A DNA stretch of 47,861 nt from Chiloscyllium plagiosum (taxonomy: Eukaryota). This document shows positions 12,190 through 23,954 of the stretch, in pieces (positions within the stretch are counted from its first letter, which is position 1; each line of letters opens with the position of its first letter). Location of the stretch: NCBI RefSeq assembly GCF_004010195.1, contig NC_057718.1, forward strand, positions 45,868,322-45,916,182, in the 5' to 3' direction. A program made the position numbers and the translations under genes. The notes beneath the pieces are model-generated. The model had not been told where the DNA came from. It saw nothing but the letters and a program-made list of their open reading frames with translations, and did no database searches.

Positions 12190-13229
12190 ACATCCCTCCT
12201 TAAAATTCTCCAAAATGTGGAACATTTCCATTACTTTGGAAGCTACCTGTCATCGAAGGCTGACATTGATGCAGATATTCAACATTGCATCCTAATTGAG
12301 GTCTACAAAATTGTGAGAGGTACAGATTGGGTGGATAGCAAGAAGCTTTTTCCCAGAGTGGGGGACTCAATTACTAAGCATAACGAGTTCAAGGTGAGAG
12401 GGGAAAAGTTTAAGCGAGATATACACGGAAAGTTCTTTATGAAGAGGGTGGTGGATACCTGGAACATGTTGCCAGCAGAGGTCATAGAGGTGAGCACGAT
12501 AGCATCACTTAGGGTTTACCGAGACAAATGCATGAATGGGCAAGCAGCAGAGGAGTACAGATCCTTAGAAAATAGGCGACAGGTTTAGATAGAGGATCTG
12601 GATTAGTGTCGTCTTGGAGGGCTGAAGAGCTGTTCCTGTGCTGTAATTTTCTTTACTGTCTTTGTTCTTTGTCCAGTCTGCAAACGTTGCCTTTGGATAC
12701 CCAAGGAGAAGAGTCATTGACCACCATGATGTATGTGCTGATATCAAGATCCTTGCGTATAATGCAGTTATTCTTCTGACTTTTCTATATGGCTCCAAAA
12801 CATAGACTACGTATAAACGCCTCTTCAAAGGAAGTACCATCAAAGCTGTTTGAGGTAGATTCACTGCACCAATTCAAAGGACAGACATTGGCATCCTTGA
12901 AACAACTAATAGCACCAGCATCAAGGCCATGATTAACAGAAATCAACTCTGCTGGACTGACCGTATGCATAGGATGGCTGACTTCCGGCTGCCAAAGCAA
13001 ATCCTCTTCAGCCAGCTGAAGGAAAGCAGTGAAATGGGAGGAGGTCAAAGGAAGTAGTTCAATGATTCCCTGAAAGCCGCCCTCAAAAAATACAAGTTAG
13101 GTGGCAGTGTGTGGGAGACCATAAATGAGAAGACACCAACTTGAAGGAACGTTCTCTGTGAAGGGACACAACTCTTTGAGAACACCCATTGGCAAGAAAA
13201 AACATGGAAAAGGAATTGGAGAAAGGAAC
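12190..13229 (+). mobile_element. RTE-clade LINE fragment interrupted by a CR1 3' end
   Basis: NVEHFHYFGSYLSSKADIDADIQHCI (12213-12290) continues after 12672 as QSANVAFGY.RRRV... Later come CTGGACTGACCGTATGCATAGGATG and GGAGGTCAAAGGAAG (GGQRK), typical of the RTE C-terminal region. Confidence 0.75.
12291..12671 (+). mobile_element. CR1 LINE 3' end nested in RTE
   Basis: LIEVYKIVRG.D.VDSKKLFP..FF..RVV..WN.LP.EV peptide, followed by a TCTTTGTTCTTTG tail. Confidence 0.88.
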
Positions 13230-13729
13230 NNNNNNNNNNNNNNNNNNNNNNNNNNNNNNNNNNNNNNNNNNNNNNNNNNNNNNNNNNNNNNNNNNNNNNN
13301 NNNNNNNNNNNNNNNNNNNNNNNNNNNNNNNNNNNNNNNNNNNNNNNNNNNNNNNNNNNNNNNNNNNNNNNNNNNNNNNNNNNNNNNNNNNNNNNNNNNN
13401 NNNNNNNNNNNNNNNNNNNNNNNNNNNNNNNNNNNNNNNNNNNNNNNNNNNNNNNNNNNNNNNNNNNNNNNNNNNNNNNNNNNNNNNNNNNNNNNNNNNN
13501 NNNNNNNNNNNNNNNNNNNNNNNNNNNNNNNNNNNNNNNNNNNNNNNNNNNNNNNNNNNNNNNNNNNNNNNNNNNNNNNNNNNNNNNNNNNNNNNNNNNN
13601 NNNNNNNNNNNNNNNNNNNNNNNNNNNNNNNNNNNNNNNNNNNNNNNNNNNNNNNNNNNNNNNNNNNNNNNNNNNNNNNNNNNNNNNNNNNNNNNNNNNN
13701 NNNNNNNNNNNNNNNNNNNNNNNNNNNNN
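13230..13729. other. Assembly gap (500 N)
   Basis: Run of n characters. Confidence 0.99.
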
Positions 13730-15400
13730 AGTCTTCAGCCAATTCAATTAACTCCACATGATATCAAGAAATAGCTGGAGGCACTGGATACTGCAAAGGA
13801 AATGGGGGCTGATATGATTCCAGCAATAGCCAGCTATAGTACTGAAGATTTGTGCTCAACAACTTTTCGCTTTCCTCGTCAAACTGTTCCAGTACAGTTA
13901 CAACACTGGCATCTACCAGACAATGTGGAAAATTGCCCAGGTATGTCCTGTACACAAAAAGCAGGACAAATCTAACCTGGTCAATTACTGCCCCATCAAT
14001 CTCGATCATCAGGAAAGTCATGAAAGGTGTCATCAATGGTGCTATCAAGCAATATCTGCTCAGCAATAACCTGCTCAATGATACCCAGTTTGGGTTCTGC
14101 CAGGGTCACTCAGCCCCTGACCTCATTACAGCCTTTGTTCAAACATGGACAAAACCCAGAGGTGAGCTGAGAGTGACAGCCTTTGACATCAGACCAAATT
14201 TGATCAGATGTGCCATCAAGCAGCCCTAGAAAAAACTGGTTTCAATGAGTATAATGGGGCATACTCTTTGCTAGTTGGGGTCATACCTGGCACGTAGGAA
14301 GATGATTGTGGTTGCTGCAAGTCTGACATCAGATCTCCAAGGCATCTCTGCAAGAGTTCCACAGGATAGTGACCTAGGATGCTTCCTCGATGACCTCCCC
14401 TCCATCATAAGGCCAGAAGTTGGGATGTTCGCTGATGATTGCAAAATTTTCAGCACCATTTGTGACACCTCAGATATTGAAGCAGTCCATGTTCATGTGC
14501 GGGCGGCACGGTGGCACAGTGGTTAGCACTGCTGCCTCACAGTACCTGACACCCGGGTTCAATTCCCGCCTCAGGCGACTGACTGTGTGGAGTTTGCACA
14601 TTCTCCCCTGACAAGTAGCAATTAACACTCACGCCACACAAACAGCTATGACTATCACCAATAAGAGATAATCTAACTACTGCCCCTTGACATTCAATTG
14701 TGTTACCATCAGTGAAACCCTCCCACCAACATCCTCGGGTTTACCATTAACCAGAAAATCAACTGGACTTGCCACATAAACACAGTGGTTAGAAGAGCAG
14801 GTCTAAGGCTAGGAATACTGTGATGAGTAGCTCACTTCCTGAATCCCCAAAGTCTGTCAATCATCTACAAGGGACAAGTCAGCAGTGTGATAGAATATTC
14901 CCCACTTACCTGGATGGGTGCAGCTCTAGCAACGCTCAAGAAACTTGACACTGTTCAGGACAAAGCAAACCATTTCATTGGTACTTCATCCAAAAACATC
15001 CACTCCCTCCATCATCAATGCTCAGTACACATTAATGCTACTATCTACAAGATGCACTGCAGTGATTCACCAAAGATTCTCAGAGAATCCAACGACTCTC
15101 TGAGAATCTCCAAACTCACAACGACTTCCATCTAGAAGGACAAGAGCAGCAGACAGATGGGACCACCTCCACCTGCATGTTCCCCTGTAAGTTACTCACC
15201 ATCTTGACTTGGAAATATATCACTGTTTGTTCATGATTGTTGGGTCAAAACTCTGGAATTCCCTTCCTAAGGGCATTGTGGGACAACCTACAGCATGTGG
15301 ACTGCAGCGGTTAAAGAAGACAACTCACCACCACCTTCTTAGGGCAACTAGGGACAGGCAGTAAATATTGGCCACCAGCAATACCCATATCCCATGAATG
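13730..15400 (+). mobile_element. CR1-like LINE, RT domain to 3' end, degenerate
   Basis: Peptides QFGFCQGHSAPDLITAFVQTW, VPQDSDLG, MFADDCKIF, MIEYSPLTWMGA; 3' end ATCCCATGAATGAA. Confidence 0.85.
14501..14608 (+). mobile_element. 5' part of an HE1/V-type SINE (3'-truncated)
   Basis: GGGCGGCACGGTGGCACAGTGGTTAGC..GGGTTCAATTCCCGCC..TTCTCCCC, nearly identical to the head of 10943-11258. Confidence 0.9.
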
Positions 15401-15949
15401 AACTTTAAAAACCTGATTGTCAGAATTAAGTGAGGCCCTGATGTTAAGATGCTATGGATTTTACAATTACCTTGTTCTTGCCCACCCAATAATTGCCCTG
15501 GGTTAAACGAACTTTCTGCTCTTTGGCCCCTGTTTCTTCTCACTCCAGTTGCCTGCTGTGTTCTAGCTCCTGACTGGAAATAAAGCTGTGCTACAGGTCA
15601 TAATTATGTACCATATCCCAAATTAATGACGAACAATGCCATGACAGCTCTGCTATTACATTACAAAGTATGTGTTAATCATGCCCTTAATGATAATAAA
15701 AACCCATTTGCAACATTTTTAAAAGGCAAGCTATGAAGTGAAAGCCAAAGATAGCCAAATGTTCCTTTGACATTCCTAACCCAGTGTCCAGACTGGCAGC
15801 TGGAAACAGCTGTTATCATTAGTACATATGCTTATTTCCATATGGCTTAAATAAAAGCATTGACAATGGTTAGGGTTGTAGTTCCAACAATTTGTTGCAA
15901 GTGTGTTTCAGTATCATTAACACTCTATGTATATATGAAACATATTCAT

Positions 15950-16545
15950 CAAGTCATGTTGCGGCTGTGCAGGACATTGGTTAGGCCACTGTTGGAATAG
16001 TGCATGCAGTTCTGTCTCCTTCCTATCAGAAAGATGTTGTGAAACTTGAAAGGGTTCAGAAAAGATTTACAAGGATGTTGCCAGGGTTAGAGGATCTGAG
16101 CTAAAGGGAGAGGCTGAACAGGCTGTGGCTGGTTTCCCTGGACCGTCTGAGGTTGAGGGGTGACCTTATAGAGGTTTACAAAATTGTGAGGGGCATGGAT
16201 ATGGTAAATAGACAAGGTCTTTTCCCTGGGGTCAGGGAGTCCAGAACTAGAGGACATAGATTTATGGTGAGAGGGGAAAGATACAAAAGAGACCTAAGGG
16301 GCAAATCTTTCACACAGAGAGTGGTATGTGTATGGAATGAGCTGCCTGAGGATGTGGTGGAGGCTGGTACAATTGCAATATTTAAAAGGCATTTGGATGG
16401 GTATACGAATAGGAAGGGTTTGGAGGGATATGGGCCAGGTGCTGGCAGGTGGGACTAAATTGGGTTTGGATATCTAGTCGGCATGGACAGGTTGGACCGA
16501 AGGGTCTGTTTCCATGTTGTACACCTCTATGACTCTATGACTCTA
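15950..16545 (+). mobile_element. CR1 LINE 3' end
   Basis: ORF 16153-16458 LRGDLIEVYKI..TRGH..FTQRVV.VWNELP; (CTCTATGA)n tail. Confidence 0.92.
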
Positions 16546-16879
16546 AGTGTGTAGTTGGGAGATAGAAGGAACCATGTGGTAATTATTTCAGAGAAGCACA
16601 TATGTATTTATTTTTCAACCATTGAAAACTTAAAATTCTCTTCTCCCACCCCCCTATAAGTTCTATTGCTGCTATTAGACAAACCCCTGTCCTCTTAGTG
16701 CTTGCTGATGGAAAAGATCCTTGCTTCAGCCATTTGGTCAAGACCATACAAACATAGGAATTTTTCTCCTACAATTTTAATAAAAAAATTCAGGCAGGGT
16801 GTCTAGTGAAACATAAAGTCCTTCAACTACTTTCATCGACCAACTGGAAGGAAGCATGGAGAAGCAACAGCGAAAAAAA

Positions 16880-17645
16880 GATGCATTTCAAAAATGGGAT
16901 ACAGGAGCATAGAAACCTGGAAGTAAATTGCACAAATAGTTAAGAGACTAGGGTGAAAGAGCATTTGAAAAAGCAAATGGTATCATGTGCGTTATAAATA
17001 GGGCCTCAAGAGTACAAAAGTGAAGAAGCTAAGATAAACCTACATAAAATATTGTATTCAGCATCAACTTGAGTATTGCACCTACTTCTGGACACCACAT
17101 ATTAGGAAGGATATGAAGACATTGGTGAGAGTGCAGAAGATATGCATGAGAATAGTTCCAGCACTGAGGAACTTTGGGTAAGTCATTAGCTTGGTGAAGC
17201 TGGGGCTGTTCACCTTGGCAATTGGATGTTTGAAAGGAGATTTGACTTATTTTTCCTAACCAGCCTGTTCAGAGTTGTTATTACCGCCTCTCGAACAGGA
17301 GGGCCTTGAACCCAGGCCTCCCAACCCAGGGGTAGTGATGCTACCACTGCAGTACAAGAGCCCTCTGTAAGGAGATTAGGTAGAGGCATTCAAATCATGA
17401 GAATTCAAAGACACCAATTTAAGGTGATTGGCAAAACCAGCAATGGCGATGGACTAAAAATATTTTATGCAGCAAGTTATTAAGATCTGGAAAACACTGC
17501 TCACAGCTTGGAAAATGCAGTCTTATAGAAGATAATTGGATCATTATCTGAAGGAAAAAAATATTCATTGTATGGAGTAAAGGAATATGAATTGCAGAAT
17601 AATGGACAGAATGGCCTTTTTCTGTGCTGTAACTATTCTTTGATC
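16880..17645 (+). mobile_element. Old CR1 LINE 3' region
   Basis: CAACTTGAGTATTGC..TTCTGGACACCACAT..GAGAGTGCAGAAGA (QLEYC..W.PH....ERVQ) and AAAGGAGATT..GTAGAGGCATTCAA. Confidence 0.7.
17245..17366 (-). mobile_element. ~115 bp tRNA-derived mini-SINE
   Basis: Minus strand GGGCTCTTGTACTGCAGTGGTAGC..GGGTTCAAGGCCC..A-rich end. TSD AAGGAGATT at 17234-17242 and 17369-17377. Confidence 0.75.
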
Positions 17646-18929
17646 CCATGATTAAACACAAAGTATCATTGACCTTTATTAGTTACAAAACAATTGCTGG
17701 ATTCAATTGTATGATGTTTCAGATGTATTAATAAATTTATCCTTATAAGGTGTCCCTGCCTGAAGCAAATGGACATTGAACACATCTGATCTCTGGGATG
17801 GAGTGTGAACCCAATGAGTTGTGCGAGGGCCATATGTATTGTCATTATAAAATGTGGTATCTTAAATGTGCATTATTTATTTGGAAGTTCTCTTAGACAT
17901 TCGACAGTCATGTGGGAAAATGGAGGGATTTCTGCTCTCAGGGTGACAGCACCTTTATAACATCAACTGAGTTCCAGGTAGGTAGCTAGCCAATTGAGAA
18001 CATATGAATCACAGGAGGCCATTTGCAGCCACTTAATCATTCAAGAGTGGTTAAATTGTTAAAGTAGAATGTACAATGTTGTTCTCCAGGGCTTCATGTT
18101 TTCTGCAGTACACCCATGGATATGAACGAAGGAACAAATGAAATAATCTTTTTTGCTGTGAACAGCTGTGGACAACCCATCAAATTAGATTGACCATTGT
18201 AACTAGTGCTGTTCCAAGAATCTTGATGTGCTAAAGAAGAAATTTAACAATCTAACCTTGACAACCAAGATTAAAGTTCCCATCATAATTCTTTTACTCT
18301 AGATGGCCTGTATGACTCTCTATTAACTCCAGAACTATAGAATCTTTCTTTCTCTATTTCCCTTAATTGTTTTCCAGTCAGAATGGAAAAAAAAACTTCA
18401 CAATGTTTCTTACTTGGTGTTGAAACTACTAAGGGAACAACTTGAGGGATATATAAAAGCGTTGACAGTGGACACAATGAATTCATTGATAAGGAGGATT
18501 AGAAAATCCTAAACAGAAGGGGACTATTCAGCTGACATGCCTATATTGGCTGTTTGAAAATGCAGTTTTGCTTTATGGCACCATTCATTTTTTTTTGTCT
18601 AATCTGTCAGTTTCTCAACCACAAGTACCTACTCAACTCCCTTTTTAATGTTATTTATAAAAGCAACTTTCACCATTTTTTCAGGTGGAGCATTCCAGAT
18701 CACAACAGCTCTCTGAGTGAAAAGATTTCTCCTCATCTCTCCTTTAGAGGTTTTGCCAATTATTTTGTATCTATGACCTCTTGTTATTGACACTATGTTT
18801 CATGGAAAGGTTATCCTGCATCCTCTCTTTTAAGATTGAAAACCTTTATTAGGTCACACTTAACCATGTGCAATTCAAAAAAACAACGACCTATTTTTAT
18901 AACTCATTTTATGAAACAAATGTCCCAAT

Positions 18930-19220
18930 ACATTTCACAGGAGCAATATGAAACAAAGGATGGCACTGAGCCACTTCAGTAGATATTAGTTCAGATGATC
19001 AAAAGCTTGATCAATTACAAAGGTCTTCGGGAGTGTTCTTAAAGTGAGGAGAGGGGAGGGAGAGCTTTTGGAAGAGTTATCTTCCAGCGTTTGGGCTTAT
19101 GCAATGATGGCAAGACCACCAATAGCTGAATAATTAAAATTGAAGTGCAGAAGCAGCTAGCTTTAGAGAAGTGCTGATATCTTGGAGGGTTGTGGGTGGG
19201 AGAAGATTATAAAGAAAGGG
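18930..19220 (-). mobile_element. Old L2-type 3' tail fragment
   Basis: GATGATCAAAAGCTTG..GGTCTTCGGGAGTGTTCTTAAAG..TTCCAGCGTTTGGG resembles the reverse of an L2 3' end. Confidence 0.45.
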
Positions 19221-19221
19221 T

Positions 19222-19807
19222 TTGGAGTTGCTGGTGTTGGACTGGGGTGTACAAAGTTAAAAATCACACAACACCAGGTTATAGTCCACAGGTTTAATTG
19301 GAAGCACTAGCTTTTGGAGCGCTGCTCCTTCATCAGGTGGTTGTGGAGTACATAATTGTAAGACACAGAATTTATAGCAAAAGTTTACAGTGTGATGTAA
19401 CTGAAATTATACATTGAAAAATACCTTGATTGTTTGTTAAGTCTCTCATCTGTTAGAATGACCATGATAGTTTCACTTCTTTCATATGTAAATCACAAAA
19501 TCTTTTTTAAAAAGTTACATTCTCAGGTTAACTGTAACAATTGATGTCAGTGCAAATAAGATGTTGAGATGTTGGAGGTGTTAGCCCCCTATGTTCCCTG
19601 TCTGTGCCATAATGTTTAGTCTGATTCTAAAGTAAAAAGTGAGTTAACAGAGTCCATTTAAGTTTTGTGATTTACATATGAAAGAAGTGAAACTATCATG
19701 GTCATTCTAACAGATGAGAGACTTAACAAACAATCAAGGTATTTTTCAATGTATCATTTTAGTTACATCACACTGTAAACTTTTGCTATAAATTCTGTGT
19801 CTTACAA
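19222..19807. mobile_element. Penelope-terminus insertion, family C, with 145-bp inverted arms
   Basis: 19356-19500 and 19663-19807 are near-perfect reverse complements. A hammerhead-like motif lies on the minus strand at 19305-19339. Confidence 0.75.
19305..19339 (-). ncRNA. Minimal hammerhead motif, family C (G12 decayed)
   Basis: CAC-CTGATGA-A-GGAGC agc GCTCC-aAAA-GCTA-GTG. The second copy at 20173-20188 keeps GCTCC-GAAA-GCTA-GTG. Confidence 0.6.
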
Positions 19808-20143
19808 ATGCAATTGTAGGATATGTGGGGTGAAAGATCAGTTCTTTTGAGAAGAGCAGTAATGATGATAGATAAGATCTAACAATAAATGGTGAAACCC
19901 ATTGTCCCCCACCATAATTCTTTCAAGTCTGTGCCTGTTTGACTTAAGGGAGTAGAGCTGATGACTTTACCAGACGATTGGCTAAGATCACATATAACAT
20001 TGAGTAACATTTTGAATGGAGACAATGGGCAGGATTTTAGCTGTAGCAAACCTTACTCAGGAGGAAGTGTCCTGAGTTATTGGATTTTCCTTTAGAGTGA
20101 GGGATCAGTGCTGACGGGGTTGAAGCCTCCTGCTTATTATACA

Positions 20144-20242
20144 TGATTCGGAGATGCCGGTGTTGGATTGATGCTCCGAAAGCTAGTGTGCTTCCAATTA
20201 AACCTGTTGGACTATAACCTGGTGTTGTGTGATTTTTAACTT
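20144..20242. mobile_element. Tiny inverted family C Penelope-terminus insertion
   Basis: GGAGATGCCGGTGTTGGA head followed by the reverse complement of ~19252-19320. TSD TGCTTATTATACA at 20131-20143 and 20243-20255. Confidence 0.8.
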
Positions 20243-21215
20243 TGCTTATTATACACATGGCTGGACGAGAGAACATAATTGTCGACACATTGTCGCGACT
20301 TTGATAAAGGAATGTGGTGGCTTTTGGTGGTAGGAAGAAAAATGGACTGACAAGGTAGCACACTTAGAATCAATGCAAGGTTTGTGTATTGTATTGTACA
20401 AGTGTAAGACTAAAGGTTTTTAAAAATGAAGCCATTTTGTTTATTGAGGGTTCTTGTTTTTAAGGGGCTAGGTGTGGCAATACTATGGCTTTAAGAGGTG
20501 TATTTTGTCCTTTTCTTTACAAAGAAAGATTGAGACAGAGATGCTCAAAGTCAATAAAATAAACAGCTTGAGAGGCCTTGGGTTTTTTTTAAAGTTGGAA
20601 CAATAGAAACAGTTTGGGGTTTTCTTTTTACAGCTAGAATTGCATGTACAACAATTTATTTTACTGAGTTTGCCTTTGCCAAGAGTGTGTTTATGAGTTG
20701 TTACTATATTGGAACAGTTAATTATTAGTAGTTAATCTCTTAGTTATTCTGTTAAGCATTTTGATAGAGTTGCAGTTCAGTTGATTCTTTATTGTTTAAT
20801 TTGTATTTTAATTGTAGTGTAAAAATAACTTTTTGCTTAAATTTGATAGTTTTACCAATTGATTTGCATCTGGAATGCAACACCTTACACTTTAAAATAA
20901 GAAAAAATTAGGGTCTGGAATGCCTTCTTAATATATTTTGAGTGGGTAAAAACAAAAACTGCAGTTGCTGGAAACCAGATTCTGGATGAGAGTGGTGTTG
21001 GAAAAGCACAGCAGTTCAGGCAGCATCCGAGGCGCAGGAAAATCGACGTTTTGGGCAAAAGCCCTTCATCAGGAATAGCGCCTCTATTCCTGATGAAGGG
21101 CTTTTGCCCAAAATGTCAATTTTCCTGCTCCTTGGATGCTGCCTGAACTGCTGTGCTTTTCCAGCACCACTCTAATCCAGAATATATTTTGAGTGGGTTT
21201 GGTCTGAACCAAACA
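20242..21215 (+). mobile_element. 3' end of a Gypsy (Gmr1-like) LTR retrotransposon: RNase H C-terminus, PPT, 3' LTR (20473-21215)
   Basis: LLIIHMAGRENIIVDTLSRL* (20242-20304) matches the I.H..G.EN..AD.LSR motif. The purine tract TAAGGGGCTAGG precedes TG at 20473. The LTR ends ..AACA, and its 3' end is homologous to 33452 onward in reverse. Confidence 0.7.
20948..21180. mobile_element. Palindromic Penelope-terminus insertion, family A variant, nested in the LTR
   Basis: Inverted arms with a spacer of only a few nt near 21080. Exact 18-bp TSD AATATATTTTGAGTGGGT at 20930-20947 and 21181-21198. Confidence 0.92.
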
Positions 21216-21634
21216 CAGGGGTTGTGACAGGTATTTTAAAAGATTTGCTCAATGCTCCAGTTACAATAAAAAGAATTAAACAAAAATCAGTAGCCCCCAC
21301 TCTCCAGCTACTCATCCACCACATTTCCTCACCCCTATCCACTCACCATACCCCTACTGTGCCAAACTCATATTACCATGGCTCCATCACCTCTCATGTA
21401 TCTTAACTTCATGCCTATCTACCCCACACCCGTGGTTTTTTTTAGCTAACTTTGTTCCAACTCATGCAAGCCCATGAACCCCCACTTCTTATCCCCATGG
21501 TCCATTATAGCTCATATGCCAAGCTATACCCCAACACAGAAGCATTTCTCCTTACGCTCTCTATGCCAGCTCACCATTCATCAACAGCCCTCTAGATCCA
21601 GGGTGAAATAAATTAAATTTCCAAGTATCTAGTA

Positions 21635-22006
21635 CAGAACAACCTTGATTATCCGAATGAGACAGGTGGGGAGTATTTTGTTCAGATAACTGATCGTAGA
21701 GATAACTGATATGATCGTAAACAAATGGGAATTAATGAGTGCCGGTTATCCGAACATGCCTTGGCTATCTGGCAATATATGCCAAAATGCCGTTTAACTG
21801 ATAACTGATATGATCATAAACAAATGATAATTCATGAGTGCCGGTTATCCGAACATGCCTCGGTTGTCCGGCAATACATGCCATAGTGCCGTTTAACTGA
21901 TAAGTGAATGCTGAGTTGCCTAATGCCCTTTTTATGAAACCTTGAGATCTTGTTCCGATAATCTGAAATTCGGATAATTGATGTTCGGATAATCAAGGTT
22001 GTACTG
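21635..22006. mobile_element. Non-autonomous Tc1/mariner-pogo (Tigger-like) MITE
   Basis: 23-bp TIRs CAGAACAACCTTGATTATCCGAA / TTCGGATAATCAAGGTTGTACTG (1 mismatch); TA on both sides (21633-21634, 22007-22008). Confidence 0.9.
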
Positions 22007-23419
22007 TACGGGGTTTATTGTAATAAAACACTTACTGATAGCATTTTAAATCCCTTCAAGTATTTATCCTTGTACAAACAAATATTTCTTCCAGTACTCA
22101 GCCCTTCATAAAGCAAACATTTGTGATCATATACCTTCAACAAATACAACCGATCTCTTTAGAATCACTTGAACTCAAACTATGAACCTATAGGTCCCCC
22201 CACTGTTATGATCACAAGGATAAGCACTGAGTTGAACCTTATTCTTCCAATTGGAGGATGGATCTTTTTTTTCAAAATCTCTTTGTTTTTACATTTTATT
22301 TATAAACCCAAACAGCCCATATGTTTTTCTAACCACCTTATCAACTTGTACTATATTTTTCATGATTTGTGTACATAGACACTAAGGTCTCCCTGGTCAT
22401 CTGAGTCTTTCAAAATCATACCATCCTTCAAAAATGCATTCTCACAGAGAAAGGGGGATTAATATAAATTGTGATTATCTTCCCCTTTTAAGCTCAAGAC
22501 AGTGAAATATTATTTGATTCAATACTTGACCTTTTATTCCCGTCTCTAACTGCTGAAACATGTTCTGCAAATCCTGAATTATGGATTTCCAAATTGAGAA
22601 ATAAACCCACAGCAAAATGTTTGAGATGAAATTAAAAAAACTTGGTTTATTTAAAAAACAATCAAGACATGGGGGAATTGCTTTGCCACTCTAGCCAAAT
22701 ACACAAACATTCAGCAAACTAAGGGAGACAGGACAGGAGAAGAGATAGGTTATAAATTACAACTTTTGGTATATTTAGAGTAATTAAAAATTAGTTCACA
22801 TAAGTTACAACTTTCTAGAGTTAGGATCCAATAATAGTTTCCTCAGTGAGCTAAACTGAGTTGTTTTCTTTCTTGAAGGCAAAATGCAGATTTCTTTCTA
22901 TCAGCAACTTGAAGGCAGAGATGGAAGTCAGAAGCAGGATTCTAACTCAACCTGGAGTCCTGCTTTCCCTCTGGCGTTCTAACAGCAACTGCTCTAGAAT
23001 TGTGGAATTAAACAGTTCACCAAGCCCAGATTTTAGTCATACAACAAGACAAGCATTGCAGGAGCTGAGAGCCTCTCTCAGTGGGCTGATTGGGAGGTTA
23101 TTAAGCTAGTAATGTAGCTTTAACTGCCCCATCATAATTTTCATTACACAGGGATGAAGTAACTATAAAAGTGTTTGCGCCCATTTTAGCAAAAAAGGGT
23201 TCTGATATTTTCCGTTGTCCCGAGCTGGCTGGAGGCAGACTGCTTGACTCCAACCACACTGTGTCAGTATTAGCTGTTCTGTCTACACAATGTCTGTGTA
23301 ATAGAAACTGCTGGAAATGGCATTGTGTGATCAGCATTGGCCATTTTATGAGTCCAGAAAGGTTATCATATTTAAAAGAGAGAGAGATCAAACATAGAAA
23401 TATAGAACAGTATGTAATT

Positions 23420-23680
23420 TTCTTGGTGATTTTTCTTCATGTCCTCTGGCCATTTTAGGCTTTCCATATCTAGTTCCATCTGCCATGCTTCTACCCATTT
23501 TAACATCTTGTGACTGCCATCTTGAAGTTTATCAGCAACTGTACCATTCTCTAAGTTATTGTCAAGTTTCATGTATCAGCAAACATAATTCTGCACCCTT
23601 CATTCACATCAGGATAATTTCTAAACACTAGAATCAGTAATTGGGCCAAAATTGACCACCGGAATACTCCACTGCATACT
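23420..23680 (-). mobile_element. Old CR1 RT fragment
   Basis: Minus strand gives ..GVFRWSILAQLL..MFADT, then KMLKWVEAWQMEL (GVPQGSILGP..FADD..W...WQMEF-like). Confidence 0.65.
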
Positions 23681-23693
23681 CCTAGTTCATATA

Positions 23694-23820
23694 AGAGAAA
23701 GTGAGTACTGCAGATGCTGGAGATCAGAGTCAAGAGTGTGGTGTTGGAAAAGCACAGCAGGTCAGGCAGCATCTGAGGAGCAGGAGAATCGACGTTTTAC
23801 ACATGAGGCCGTCATCAGGA
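23694..23820 (-). mobile_element. Single Penelope terminus, family A
   Basis: AGAGAAAGTGAGTACTGCAGATGCTGG..GAATCGACGTTTT..TCATCAGGA; imperfect flanking repeat CTAGTTCATATAA / CTAGTTGAAATAA. Confidence 0.8.
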
Positions 23821-23954
23821 GGACTAGTTGAAATAACCAGTTAAATGCCCATTCAGACATATAACATTTCTGGTGTTTGCCATACAGTATAGTTATTTCT
23901 AATGACACCTTATTAGCCACTACATTAATGTCGGCAACATCATTATATGGCTAA

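Noticed and set aside
12217..12588. 123-aa ORF fusing RTE and CR1 peptides
   Set aside because: Chance in-frame junction of a CR1 3' end inserted into an RTE fossil; no evidence of expression.
13083..13761. Four long ORFs of 190-224 aa
   Set aside because: They are artefacts of translating through the 500-N gap.
22561..23215. Possible additional solo LTR
   Set aside because: It starts TGTT and shares TTTTAGCAAAAAAGGG with the 33452-34090 LTR, but the boundaries and TSD cannot be defined.
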